This document shows positions 16,948 to 28,900 of a DNA stretch of 46,645 nucleotides, in pieces; positions within the stretch are counted from its first letter, which is position 1, and every line of letters begins with the position of its first letter. The notes beneath the pieces were generated by a model. It was not told the origin of the DNA, ran no database searches, and saw nothing but the letters and a program-made list of their open reading frames with translations. The position numbers and the translations under genes were made by a program. This stretch comes from a virus (lineage: Duplodnaviria; Caudoviricetes): positions 1 through 46,645 of IMG/VR virus record IMGVR_UViG_3300033406_000405. The stretch is one strand, 5' to 3'.

Positions 16948-19206
16948 TTAATATTCAAGTACCAAATACCCTCCAATATAGAAACTTGAAGTATAGGTAA
17001 CGGATGATGGTACAATTTTAATTACTAGCTGCCCATCCTGCGGGAAATAGTAGGGTATACCGCTCAAACTATCCGAAAGCGTGGAATTTGTTTTTGTGTT
17101 AATTGTCCCGGTTAGTAACGTTTTCGTGCTATCTGTATCATAAATTGTGATTGTGAAGGTTTGTGAGGTTGAAGTTGATGCTAGGTTTATAAAGGATAGG
17201 CTCATTAAATTCACTAATGGCAAGTCATACGTTTTGGTTGTTGTTGCGGTAGGACTTACATATGCAAAATACGCTTGTTCTGGGCTAAGTGATATTATGT
17301 GTTTGGTTATAGGTCGTGTATATTTATAAGCATTAAAATAACTTCCGCCTAGCCTTATGCTGCCGTTTATTGTTACGGTGATACAATTATTAAATGTATA
17401 AATCGGGGCGCATCCTGCGTGAGTCAGAGAGGACACAACGCTATTATTAATAATATCATTCGGTATAGAACAATCATTGAAAGTCAGTTTTAAAGGGGAT
17501 GTATAATCTCCATCGATGGTTGTATGGTAGCATTTAAAGTTATCAAATCCAACACATGAGTTAAAAGTAAACATTCCTTTACCTTGTGTAAGAATTGGAT
17601 ACCACGAAGTTGTTGTTAATTCACCGCCGCCAACATCACTATTACTAAAATTAGCGGTAAAATAGACATTGGCTTGCTCAATATCTATTAATCTGCTAGA
17701 ACCTTTCATTTCGAAAGATACACCATCCTCGGAAAAATGCGGTCCATTATCATTACCAAAGTAATCTTGCTCTGCAGTTGAAGGAACACTAATAAATGTC
17801 CCACCGCTAGTTGATATTACAGACCCCTGGTACATATGGATGTTAGCCCCACGTAGATACTGAAAAACTACCCCTGTAAAACTTTCTATATCAGTAGCAA
17901 AAAACCGCCAGTTAACGCACTGAGAATTATCGAGAGTAAAAAATATACTGTCGCTCGTTCCTTCCCATAGCTTACAATCACGAAATGTAACTTCAGAACA
18001 ATCTGCACTACCGGACACTACTATAATTTTCAACCAATTCTTAAAGACACATTTTTCGAAAATCAGGCTTTGTGGATTGGCTCCAGACATATTCATAAAG
18101 GTACCTGTTCCCGCTGTTGATACCCCAAAATATATGCCAGTAAAAATGGTAAAACCAAAAATGTCCTGGTTATCAAATAGCGCTGTTGAGTCACTTACTG
18201 TTAGCATAATTTTTGTGCTTTGCCATCCATCACCTTCAAATAGAAACCGGCCATAAGGTACTGATGTTGTGCTGCTTATTAATGATTCCGATACAATATA
18301 AGTTCCGTTCGGTACTTTTATTTTTAATGGCATTCGCCAACCGGACGTTACTGTAGAACAAGCAAAAGCAAATTGAATTGCTGATGCAAACGCACTTGAG
18401 TCATCAGTTGCCCCGTCACCAGTGGCCCCATAATCTCTCACGTTTATCTCATTTCGTGGTGGATGATAAAAGCAACGCCACGCACCGCTTTCAAGTGAAA
18501 AACACTCTACTATGCCACCCGCAGCCACATATAAATCACGATTTCCTGGAAGAATCATGGTGTCGGCATTATAAGTTATCGATAGGCTAGATGAAAAGAT
18601 TAATGTCCTTTTGGCACCTTGTTGCAACGTACCAAAGAACGTTATTGTCTTTGTTCCTGTTATTATAACGGTATTATTTGTTGAGCTTAAATCAGTTGTC
18701 GATGCACTGGCTATTTCGGTATAGGATTCATTGATTGGCCCTGCCATATCTGCACCGGATTTCGGAACATAGTAAGTTAAAGAGCTTTCTACTTCTTTCG
18801 CCCTAGCCGCCGCACTAGCGGCATACGTGCCAGCATTCGTCTCGCTGGTAGCAGCTTTCGTTTCACTCGTTTTTGCATTTGTTTCACTTATCGCTGCATT
18901 ATCGGCGTAAGTGGCAGAATTATTTGCATAGTTTGCCGCATTAATTACGGACAAGGCCGCAGCCGCCGTTGCTTCTGATACTGCATTAGTAGTTGCTGTT
19001 GTTGTTGCTTCTTCAATCGTTGACTCCATAGTGGACAGAACTTCTTTTGCCTTTGTAACACTATCGGCGGCGGATTCCGCATGATTTTGAGCAAGATTCG
19101 CTTGTTCTGTCGCTGTACTGACGCTGGCAATAATCTGCCCTAAAGATGCCTCAGAACCTTGGTCAATAACTACAATAGATTCAATATCATCATAATTATT
19201 CGGCAC
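16948..19206 (-). CDS. Tailspike/receptor-binding protein A (pectate-lyase-like beta-helix)
   Basis: INVRDYGATGDGATDDSSAFASAI...IKVPNGTY, SETNAKT repeats, N-terminal VVIDQGSEAS shared with spike B. Confidence 0.85.
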   Translation of the reverse strand: MPNNYDDIESIVVIDQGSEASLGQIIASVSTATEQANLAQNHAESAADSVTKAKEVLSTMESTIEEATTTATTNAVSEATAAAALSVINAANYANNSATYADNAAISETNAKTSETKAATSETNAGTYAASAAARAKEVESSLTYYVPKSGADMAGPINESYTEIASASTTDLSSTNNTVIITGTKTITFFGTLQQGAKRTLIFSSSLSITYNADTMILPGNRDLYVAAGGIVECFSLESGAWRCFYHPPRNEINVRDYGATGDGATDDSSAFASAIQFAFACSTVTSGWRMPLKIKVPNGTYIVSESLISSTTSVPYGRFLFEGDGWQSTKIMLTVSDSTALFDNQDIFGFTIFTGIYFGVSTAGTGTFMNMSGANPQSLIFEKCVFKNWLKIIVVSGSADCSEVTFRDCKLWEGTSDSIFFTLDNSQCVNWRFFATDIESFTGVVFQYLRGANIHMYQGSVISTSGGTFISVPSTAEQDYFGNDNGPHFSEDGVSFEMKGSSRLIDIEQANVYFTANFSNSDVGGGELTTTSWYPILTQGKGMFTFNSCVGFDNFKCYHTTIDGDYTSPLKLTFNDCSIPNDIINNSVVSSLTHAGCAPIYTFNNCITVTINGSIRLGGSYFNAYKYTRPITKHIISLSPEQAYFAYVSPTATTTKTYDLPLVNLMSLSFINLASTSTSQTFTITIYDTDSTKTLLTGTINTKTNSTLSDSLSGIPYYFPQDGQLVIKIVPSSVTYTSSFYIGGYLVLEY

Positions 19207-19582
19207 TTTTACTCACCCCCGGCGAAACAAAAATAAAGCCGTTCAAGATACGAGTTGAGGCACCTTGAGGGCTTATCACATAAACATCATATACATATTT
19301 ACTTAACTGTGAATAATCATGCCCTTTCGTGGGTATAGAACTAGATTGTTCTTCGGTTAGAATTAATGAAAACATTCCCTTTTCAGCATCATAAATTTCG
19401 TAATCTCCAGTAACGGTTATAGTCGAGCTGGTGGCCGATGGCCTTATTTGCCACAATATTGTATAGTCAGTTAAGTTCTTTGGAGAACCATCCGCATTTT
19501 TCCACGTTATGGGCTGTACCCAAGTTTCACCCTGCTTAGTGCGAAAATGGTATTCTCCGTTACTTCCCGCCAATTTTTCCAA
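19196..19582 (-). CDS. Virion structural beta-sandwich protein (BppU-N-like spike adaptor)
   Basis: KQGETWVQPITWKNADGSPKNLTDY...YVYDVYV...RILNGFIFVSPGV. TTG at 19582 after AAAGGGGG. Confidence 0.7.
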   Translation of the reverse strand: MEKLAGSNGEYHFRTKQGETWVQPITWKNADGSPKNLTDYTILWQIRPSATSSTITVTGDYEIYDAEKGMFSLILTEEQSSSIPTKGHDYSQLSKYVYDVYVISPQGASTRILNGFIFVSPGVSKSAE

Positions 19583-19609
19583 AAAACCACCCCCTTTCAC
19601 CAAAATTAA

Positions 19610-19634
19610 AGAGAGTGCAATTTCTGCACTCTCT
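19610..19634 (-). terminator. Terminator after the 61-aa gene
   Basis: AGAGAGTGCA-N5-TGCACTCTCT with T-rich tail on the minus strand. Confidence 0.6.
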
Positions 19635-19652
19635 CTACTCATTTACCTATTT

Positions 19653-19838
19653 CTATTCTTCTATTTCGGCAGCATCAAAGACATTTTGCGACTCAGTAAC
19701 CGCCAGTTCTTCCTGTAATCGATGTTTTTTCTCAATCTGGCTATTCATCTCAGTAGCAAAATCCTGAAAGCTATTGCCGGCTTTTTTCTTCATAGACTTT
19801 GAAAAATGCAAATAAGAACCATCATTGCGATATGTCAT
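19653..19838 (-). CDS. Small hydrophilic hypothetical protein (61 aa, moron-like)
   Basis: GAGGTG RBS, fills the intergenic gap, followed by its own terminator. Confidence 0.6.
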   Translation of the reverse strand: MTYRNDGSYLHFSKSMKKKAGNSFQDFATEMNSQIEKKHRLQEELAVTESQNVFDAAEIEE

Positions 19839-19903
19839 TGTATCACCTCAATGAATAGTCTGCCCTATGCCATTAATTTTACATCGACTAATTTAAGGTA
19901 GCG

Positions 19904-22900
19904 TTATTTCTTAGATTCATCGTATGAATTAATATATTCATACTCTCCTCTCTGGCCTTTAGATACATTTTGCAGGCTCCGTTCTAAACCGGTTTTACTC
20001 TTCTTTTGGATTTCCGTACTGACCCGTTTACCGGAAATACGGCGTTCCGCTAACTTGTTCCTATTTTCATCGGATGGATTATTAATATAGTTGTCGATAG
20101 CCTTAGCATCTTGGGCTTGTTTTTCTTTTTCCTCCGTGCTAATGATGTTGCGTAGATCAGAGGATACCGCTTCATCTGCCAGCCTAAAGCCCAATCCTTT
20201 TACTAAACGTTCATACATAGTATCGTATACGTTATTCGTCCGGCCGCGTGCGGTTTTGGATTCTCCGGCAACCGCCTGCGCTATATTGCCAACGCCGGGC
20301 GAAACGGCTTTTAAGGTTTCATTGATATTACCCCGCCCTACTTCTCTTATCACTGAAAGTAATGTGCTGACGGCTGGTCCAAATGCGTCCTTTAGTTCCG
20401 TTGGCATTATATCCCCTAGACCGGTTCGATTAGAAATATCTACGCTGCCGGTATAATCCGTTGAGAGAATCCCGTAGTTTATGGCTTTAATAAGGGTTTG
20501 TCTATCTTTGTCTTCACCGGCCCATGTAAACATTGCTTTTTTCATTTTTTCTTCAAGGTCAACGCCAAGGATTCCACTCAATAATTCTAACAACGTATTA
20601 GCAAACGGCGGTCCCGCAAACAACCCGGAAAGGAGTAGCAGCGGTATCCATAACCGGAGGTTTTGTCCAAGGGTGCCTTCATGGAGTAAATCGCCAATGA
20701 GTTCCACTTCTTTGATACCGAACTTCTTAAATTGTAGTAATAGTTGAGCTACTGGGCCGCCCCGTCTAAATAGGTTAGGGGCATCCGCCACGCTATAATC
20801 GAAATTGGCTTGAGTATTAATGGACTTCGCATACTGTAAGGCTTCTTCTTTACTTTTTCCTTGGCTAATGGCTTTATGGTACGCTCCCAAGATAGCCGTC
20901 CGGCGCATCAACATGTCTAAGTAATGAAAAAGAATCGTTGAGTTTTTAAATAGCTTGCCCACGTTTCCGGCGCGAGAATAGCTGCCACTTTCCATGGTCA
21001 AATTGGTATCAATTCCGGCTTTCCGTAAAATGATACGGTCTGCTAAATCAGGCCGTATGGCCCTTGCCAACCCTTTTGAAGCCACCCCATAATCATTAAG
21101 GGCGGCACCCACATTGATAAACTGAGCTACTTGAAGTAAGGCCGAAGAAACGTTCAACATCCCCAGTTTCAACACAGCTATTGTGTTAGTCAGCCCGGAG
21201 ACAAGTTGCAAAGCCGGTCGATCACCAAAATAAGCACCAAGGTATTTTTTGAACACAGGGTTTAGGTTCAAAGCATCGTTTAATACTTTTTCTATGTTGG
21301 TAGGCACACCGTTCACATCATTGATATAGTCTTTCACATAGGAAGCTACTCCTTCATGGCTGGCGTTATCCCAACGGCCAAACAGCCGTTCAAAGGTGCT
21401 AATCGACTTGGATTTAAACGGGTCCATAGCCACATACCGGCTTACCATGTTGAAGTGGTGAGATAGTACCCAATCCAGGTTTTGCTCGTACCCTGCTGCC
21501 CCTTTCCTTTGCAGGAAGTTCCCCATAAAGCGGTGACGGCCTTTCATACCTACTTTGCCGTCCATAAACTGCTTGGCATCAGAAAGGCTAATTTGAAGGT
21601 CTTCGGCAATTTTCTTCTGCATCTTGAAATACTGATAATCCCCGACAACTGCCGCCTGCATCTGTTCACCCTCAAAGCGGAATTGCTTGGGTTGTATTAC
21701 AATTTCCATATCCGGGTTTTCTTTAGCTATCTTATTGGCCTTTTGCGTAGCTTCCTGCATAGTAGTACCGGAATCCAGCATGGTATAGGTAGATTTCCCG
21801 GTTTCCTCATCGATTTCTTTTTGCATGATAAACCAGTCATGGAAGAAATGCGGAATGTAGCCTTTTAATTTGTTGATCGGAGGTGTTTGGCTCCTGTAAT
21901 GAACCTCGTAGAAGCCATCGCCGCGGGTTAAGCCGCTGCTTTCCGGCATGGCATATTCCGTAACCCCATAGGGAGTTGCACTAAGTACCTCAACATTCGG
22001 ATTTTGCCGCATTTCATCCAGGTCTTTTTCCGTCATAACGGCAGTGTCTTCCCGAATTTTCGGCGTTTTGTACGTGACTAAGGTGTAACCACCAACCGCT
22101 GGCGTTTCTTTCAGGATGGTAACAAATTTATTGCTTTTCAGCGCTTCCAATTGATGAGCGTCCAAGTTTTCGGATTTTATTTCTATTCCTTGCCGGATCT
22201 CATTCGTCAAATTATAGGCCTTATCCATGGCCACCCGTACCATACGGTATGCCTTTATAACATTATCCGAATACCCGGCTTGGCGTAAATCCTCATTGGT
22301 GTAATCCTTGCCGTCAATATCTCCTTGTAAAAGAATTTGATACAGAGTGGCCTTGCCGTTTTTGTCCAGCAGTTTTTCCCATTTTTCTTTACGGTGGCGA
22401 AATTCATTTCGTAAGGTTTCCTGCTTTTCCATGGCCATGGTAGCCAAACGGAAAAACGGTTTAATTTTCGGATGCTTCTGAGCGATTTCATTCACCGAAT
22501 TAAGGGCATTAGAAAAGAAACCAATCTTATTCGTGGTTGGTTTCTTTCGAATAGTAACATTTTTACTTGGCTTAATGCCAAAACGCTGCGCTAAGTTTTG
22601 TACAGCATTTTGATTGACTTTATTAATGTCCGAGCTATCAACGGATTCCTTAGTGTTATTCTCTTCACTATTACCTTCTTCCCTATTTTCGGTGGCAGCT
22701 TCTTTAGCAAACATGACATTACCGCACTCATTGGCAGCCATATCCTTAACCTGTTTCCAAACATCCACCATCTTGCTTTTTACCTTGCTCCAAGCCTCGC
22801 CCAACAACTCTCGCATCTTCTTTACCCAATCTCCGGACTTGGTATAACCATCGACTACTAACCGTTTACCGAGTTCCACTAGCCCCGGTAAGGCATCTTG

Positions 22901-25900
22901 TAATCTATTGGCCGCTTTTCTGATTTCTTCCGCCAGATCAACATTATCAAATTCCCCGAAAGTAGGGTCGAAGCCAACATTTAGTTTTGCTCGATTATTT
23001 GTGCTTCCATTACTATTCTCTACAGGTTCTTCTTTAATCGCCGGTTCAAAAACATGCGGTTCGTAAATGGGTACGCCGCTTTCATCGGTAGCCTGTGTAT
23101 AAGGAATAGAGCCTTTATCAGTTATAACATAATAATTATCTTGGCCCCATTTATGACCTTCAACAGTGGTAGGTTTTCCGTCCACATAGATTTCCGTACC
23201 TACCGGAGCGCCTTGCCGTAGCCAGCTTGGAGCCGGAACCGGATTATTTTGCAAATCCTTCTCCAAATCGTCCAGCATCTTACGTTTCTTTACTAAGGTA
23301 TCGGCCTGAGCAAACGGTTGCTTTTGTACTTCCTTTAATCTTTCTATACTGGCCTTGGCTTCGTCAATGCCGCTACCTAGTGCTTCCGCTCTCTTATTCA
23401 GTCCACGCAATTTCCCTTCGACGGAAGCCATGGAAGGTTCAATAGAATATTCCCCATTCCCACTGAGAAGAAAATTGGTATTGAGCCAACCCTTTTGCAT
23501 GAGAATAGTAAAACCATGGACTTTTCCTAATTCCACGCCGTCATTTGTCGCTGCAGTCCGCTTTATAGCATCCTCTAATGCTGCATCCGTATCTTTTCGA
23601 TTATCATACCGCTTGCCATCAATCACTGCACTAAAAGGTTTTTCTTTGGAGGCTATATACTGTTTATAATCAAAATCCAATTCTTTTATTAAGGTGGTAT
23701 TGCGCTTAATCTTTTCCTGGAGTTCGCGTACTTTTCCGGCAGCATCGGCAATGCCATAGGTATGCATCCGTTCCCGCTTTTCCAGTTTTGCAATGTCGGT
23801 TTTGAGTTTCTCCCGCATTTGGGTCCGGGGATCACCAGTGGCTTCGGACAAAGAAGCGGTAATATCATTCACTTCATCGCCATCATCCATGCTTACCGCG
23901 TCCCCTTCTACTACGCGGGTATTTTCGTCTGCCTTTAGAAATTTCTTTATGAAATTATCTTTTACCGCCAATACCTGCCAGCGGCGGCCATCGAGCTTTT
24001 CTGTAATGTATCGATATTCGAGTACCGTATTCCACTTATTCCCCTGCCGCCAGCCACGGCCATTTCGCTGTTCCAGTTCTCCGGGCATCCAAGGAGCATC
24101 TAAATGGTGCATCGCCCGAAGGTTAGTTTGCATATTTACCCCAACGCCCAATGTTGCGGTATTACCGATTACCACCCGGATTTTGCTCTCATTCATGGCA
24201 TCGGCTATTTCTTTACGCTTTTCTTTACTTACCGAACCATCAACAACCGCAATTTGTTCTCTGGGAATACCGGCCTCCACCATTTTATTCACCATGTCTT
24301 TAACCATGTTGAATACCGGGATTTTAGTCTTTGTTACGGTTCCATCCTTAGCGGTTTTAGACCGTACTGACTCATCATTATAACCCCGTTCCATGAAGAT
24401 TACCTGCGTAGCTTGTGGGTGTTCCTTATAATGAGTTATGACATTTCGAATACAACAGTTTTCTTTTAAGTCCGAGTTATCCGGCAAATGCCGGTTAACT
24501 AAGCGCGGGTCCATACCGGCGTTCGCGGCTGCTGTCTCTACTAAAACAGGAGAAGCCGGATCACCCGACTTCATAATTTCAAACCGTTCTTTTTTCGATG
24601 CATTTTTGAATTTCTTCGCCAGTTTGACCAGTTCACCCAGTATTCCCTTCTGCGCTTCGGTCATCGGCCCTATATCATTAATGATTTTCTTATAGGGGCG
24701 GCCAACAGGGTTTTCGGTTCTCCCATTTACTAACGCTTCCCGATCTGCTTCGGTTAAATCCTTAGAGGAAAGCGTTTTGCCGTCCGGAGTTTCCCTGGGA
24801 CGAAATTCCGGCATTTGGTCTGCAAAAACAATGTCCATGTACTGGCCAACTACCCGGCGTAGTTCCGGCACATTTACAAAGGCAGCCAGCCGGGTGATGG
24901 GTTCATATTCTCCGGTGGCGGTAAGTTCCACATCATTCACGGAATCCGCAAAGGTGGAAAACCACGTATCCCAATCTTTAATACCATCGCGCTCCATCTG
25001 ATCATCCATAACATAGCGCATCTGATGATAGATTTCCGTTAAGGTGTTGGTAATCGGTGTCCCGGTAAACGTATGAACTCCGCGCCCATTGTTCATTTTC
25101 TTAACGTAATCCGTTAAAAGGCGCAGCGCCACAGACCGGTCAGATGTACCTTTGTTTAAGCCACGCATAGTCATTTTCGTAGTGATCGGAGGCTTTTTAA
25201 ACTCATGAGCCTCATCGACCAAAACCAGGTCTATTCCCAGTTCTTCAAAGGGTATAGCCCCTTCTTTAGACGCACGCATGGCCATTTCATCAATTTTTTT
25301 AATAATCCGGTTCCGTTCCTTAACCAACTCTTTTGCCGTAACGCTTCGTACCTTACTCATGGCCTCAGGATCATCCATATCCTTAATATCTAAATTCGCA
25401 TTATCCTCTGCCGCTGCGTCCAGGGCTTCTTGTTCCAGTTGAGCAATTTCCTCGGCGGACAGTTCGTCCAACGTTTCGCGGGTTAATGCAAACTTATTGA
25501 TTAGAGAATGCGGCACAACAATAGCGTCCCAATCGTCATTGGCTATTCGCCGGGCAGCTACATCAAAATCCTTCGGCTTTTCAATATACAGCACCTTAGC
25601 CCCTGGGTACATTTGATTAATGTCTGCGGCAAGGGAAGCGCTATTTGCATTATGGGCAAAAATAAGGGGCTTTTTCGCAATTCCATACCGGCGCGACTCT
25701 ACGGCAATACCGCCAATGGTATAGGATTTCCCTGTACCAACCTCATGCGCATATATGCCGCGTCCATTGACTAAGCCTCGGTAAATGGCGTTTTGCTGAT
25801 GCTGGCGAAGATTAAACGGGCTATCCCCGCGCTTTAAAGCCATACCGGGGAATTCCATGAAGGAACCGTCAAAATGCGGACTGGCAACGGCATTCATGAC

Positions 25901-28900
25901 TTCGTTATAGTTATTCTCCAACCAGATTCGACGCTCTGCATCCTTCCACGCCCAGGTAGGGAATTCTTCTCGTATTTTCGTGATCTTATCATTGGCCTGC
26001 GTTGTCGCCTCTTCATCAATAACCGTTTTACCATCTTCATCCTTATAGGTGATTTTTACAGTACGGTTATTCATGGCCGCAGTTAGGAGCTTATCAAACT
26101 TATAATCAGAAACACCCCATTGTGTAGTAGCTTCCGGCCTGCTGTTAAGGGCTTTGTTTTCGAATCGTACACCCCAGGAACCACCACCAAAGCGAATCTT
26201 AATATCTGCTATTTCCTCGGGCTTTGTTACCCCCAGCATTTCAGCAATAAACTGCTGATAGTGTTCTGGTTTTACCCATGGAGCACCTAGTTTGGCCTCT
26301 ATTTGAAAATACGGTACTGTTTTAGGAATGACTTTTTGGAGTGCTTCAATGTTACGCTCCATCCCTTTTTGACCACCATCGAAAGCGTCCTGTGCTTCCC
26401 GGAGTTTCCGCCGGACATTCCCGGACAAATATACGTCCGATACTTCATAGTTTCCGGCTGGTGTCCGAAACACCGCCCCGGAACCTTCCAGTTCATGAAT
26501 GACTTCATCTTCGGACACATGGGCTGCTTTTGCGATCTTTACTATATCGATATCCATGCTTTCATTCCGGGCTATGATATACGCATCCCGAATGCTGGGA
26601 TTCGCAACAGTAACTTTGCCCCGAGTGGTTGGTTCCGTCAAAATCTTAGCGGGTTTACCTTCGTATTCCAAAGCGGCAAGAGAACCGTAGGCCGGATCAT
26701 TAACCCGGTTTAACATATTAAGCCCGTAAGAATCTGTTAGATTGCCGAATTGCTTAACGAACGACTTATATTGCTTATTTAATACCTTCCGTAGTTCTTC
26801 CGTATTCGGCGTACTATCCCGTTCCGCATCAATAAGCTGTCCGTAGGCTTTTCGCATTCCGACTAAGGCTTTGATCTGATTTTCACGGTTCAATGTCTCT
26901 TTTTCACTTTTCACCTTATACTTAGCTACTTCGTTTAAGGGAGCCAGATGTTCGCCGCTAACGACATAGAGATTGCCGTCATCATGACCGACAATACTTC
27001 CCTGTCGGTCTTTCGTATTATTGGTGAGATACTTTATTTCTTCTTTCGGCGTAAAAGGTACAAATCCGTCTTGAGGAACCCGGTCTGCAAGAGAGTTTAG
27101 TAATTCTAACAAGTTTGCCGGCCGATTTACAATCATACCCGGTCTTCCTGTTGTGGTTCCATGCCCAAAGTCAAGTTCTCCTAACACATGGTCTGGATGC
27201 GCTACATAGTATTCGTTGACTTGAAAGTCTTGTCCTGATGGAGATTTTACGTCGGCAAGATTGATCCATCCCTCATTAGAGGCTGATGTAGTAAGGGGTT
27301 CCTGCCGTTTTCGCAGGATAATGAGGTCAGTTACTACCTTCGTTCCCGCGTACTTTTCAAAGGCACCGGTAGGTAAGCGGAATGCGGCAACAAGCTCCCC
27401 TTTCTTCGCCATAGCTAGGCGAGTAGACTTCCCAATCTTGTCCATGGTTCCGGCACTAGTAATACCCATGATAATGCCGCCGGGACGCGTTTGATCTAAG
27501 GCTTTTAAAAAGAAATAGTCATGCAAAGAGGGACTCAGTTTGGCGTAACGCCTATCAACTGGTCCCTCTGCTGCAAACGGCCAATTACCAATAACTAAAT
27601 CATAAAAGTTATCTGCCGTTTTACTATCCTGATATCCTTTTATCTGTACATTGGCCTCTGGATATAAAATTTTTGTCATCCCGCCGGTGGTTTGGTCGAG
27701 TTCAATTCCGGTAAGCTCACTCTTTTCCATTAAGTCACGGGGCATAAGTCCAAAAAAGTTTCCAATCGCCACGGAAGGTTCTAATACCCGCCCTCCGGTA
27801 AAGCCCATGGCTCGCATGATGTTCCACATCGTCTGAACTGTTGGTGGATCGGTATAATGGGCATTGATAATAGATCGCTGGGCGCTCTCCCAGGCTTCTT
27901 TCCCCAGATGTTCACGGAGCCAAGCATCTTCTTTTTCCCACAAGGCTTTAGGTCTTGGCCGGTCCCATGAACCATTAAACAGTTCTTGCCCAAAAGAACC
28001 CCATCCGGTATAAGCCGCCATTGTGCTCAATTCTTCCGGGGTAGGTTCCCGCCCTTCTTCCGTGATGGATTGAAATGCCTCGATGGCACCTTTATTTTTT
28101 CCAAAGCGTAACTTTGGAGAACCACCAATCATATTCTCAGGATCCGCGATGAAATGATTTTGTCTTTGATTGTTTGGGACTAGGCCCGTTGCCTCGCTGC
28201 GTTCAGCATCTCGAATACTTCCTTCATTCCGCGTCCCATGCTGTTCGCTTCCAGTTCCTCCTCGACTCCCTCCTCCGGTTCCCTTAGCAGCCAGTCCCTC
28301 GCTGCTTCTGCTTTCGCGTCCGGTATTGGGAGTCCCGCCTTCATATATTTCGTCTGAGCTTCGTAATACATGTTCATCAGAACGTGAGCCATCCTTTCCA
28401 GGATTTTCAGTTTCTTCAGGCGTGCGTACATCTGGGGTCGATACGCTTCCCAATACTCGATCAGTTCCTTTTCGGCCCAGCTCCCGACTCCCCATTCCTT
28501 CTCGATTTCCCGACTCTTGCGTATGGTCCACTTCACTAGGTCTTTGTCCTCCATCGATAGCGGCGCTGCCATGGCTTTCTGCCCCCTTCTTAAATCCTGG
28601 CCATTCCGTTACACCGGCATGTACCGCTTCCGTTAAACCGGTGTATTGTTTACCTAAGTCCTGCTCAATTTTATTTTTCATTGCATCCAGGCTGGTTATA
28701 CCGTCCTGATACAGTATTCCGGCGTATTCAAACAAGGTATTGGCTACTTCATCATTATATTGTACGTCTTTCGGCCATTTATTTATGGCTTCCCATACAC
28801 TGGGCAAGAAAGGTTCTATTTTTTCCCCAACCGTATCCACCATCTGGTTTGACCATGCGCTAAACTCATTAACGCCCCGTTGTAAATGGATTGCACCGAC

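Noticed and set aside
13685-19206. Diversity-generating retroelement or invertase-driven tail switching
   Set aside because: No reverse transcriptase, no TR/VR pair with A-specific mismatches, no recombinase, and the cassettes are in direct orientation.
22255-22491. 78-aa same-strand ORF inside the giant gene (also 26299-26520, 27781-27993, 33387-33572, 33931-34113)
   Set aside because: No convincing SD, shadow-like composition, and the host frame is structured there, unlike 28180-28572.
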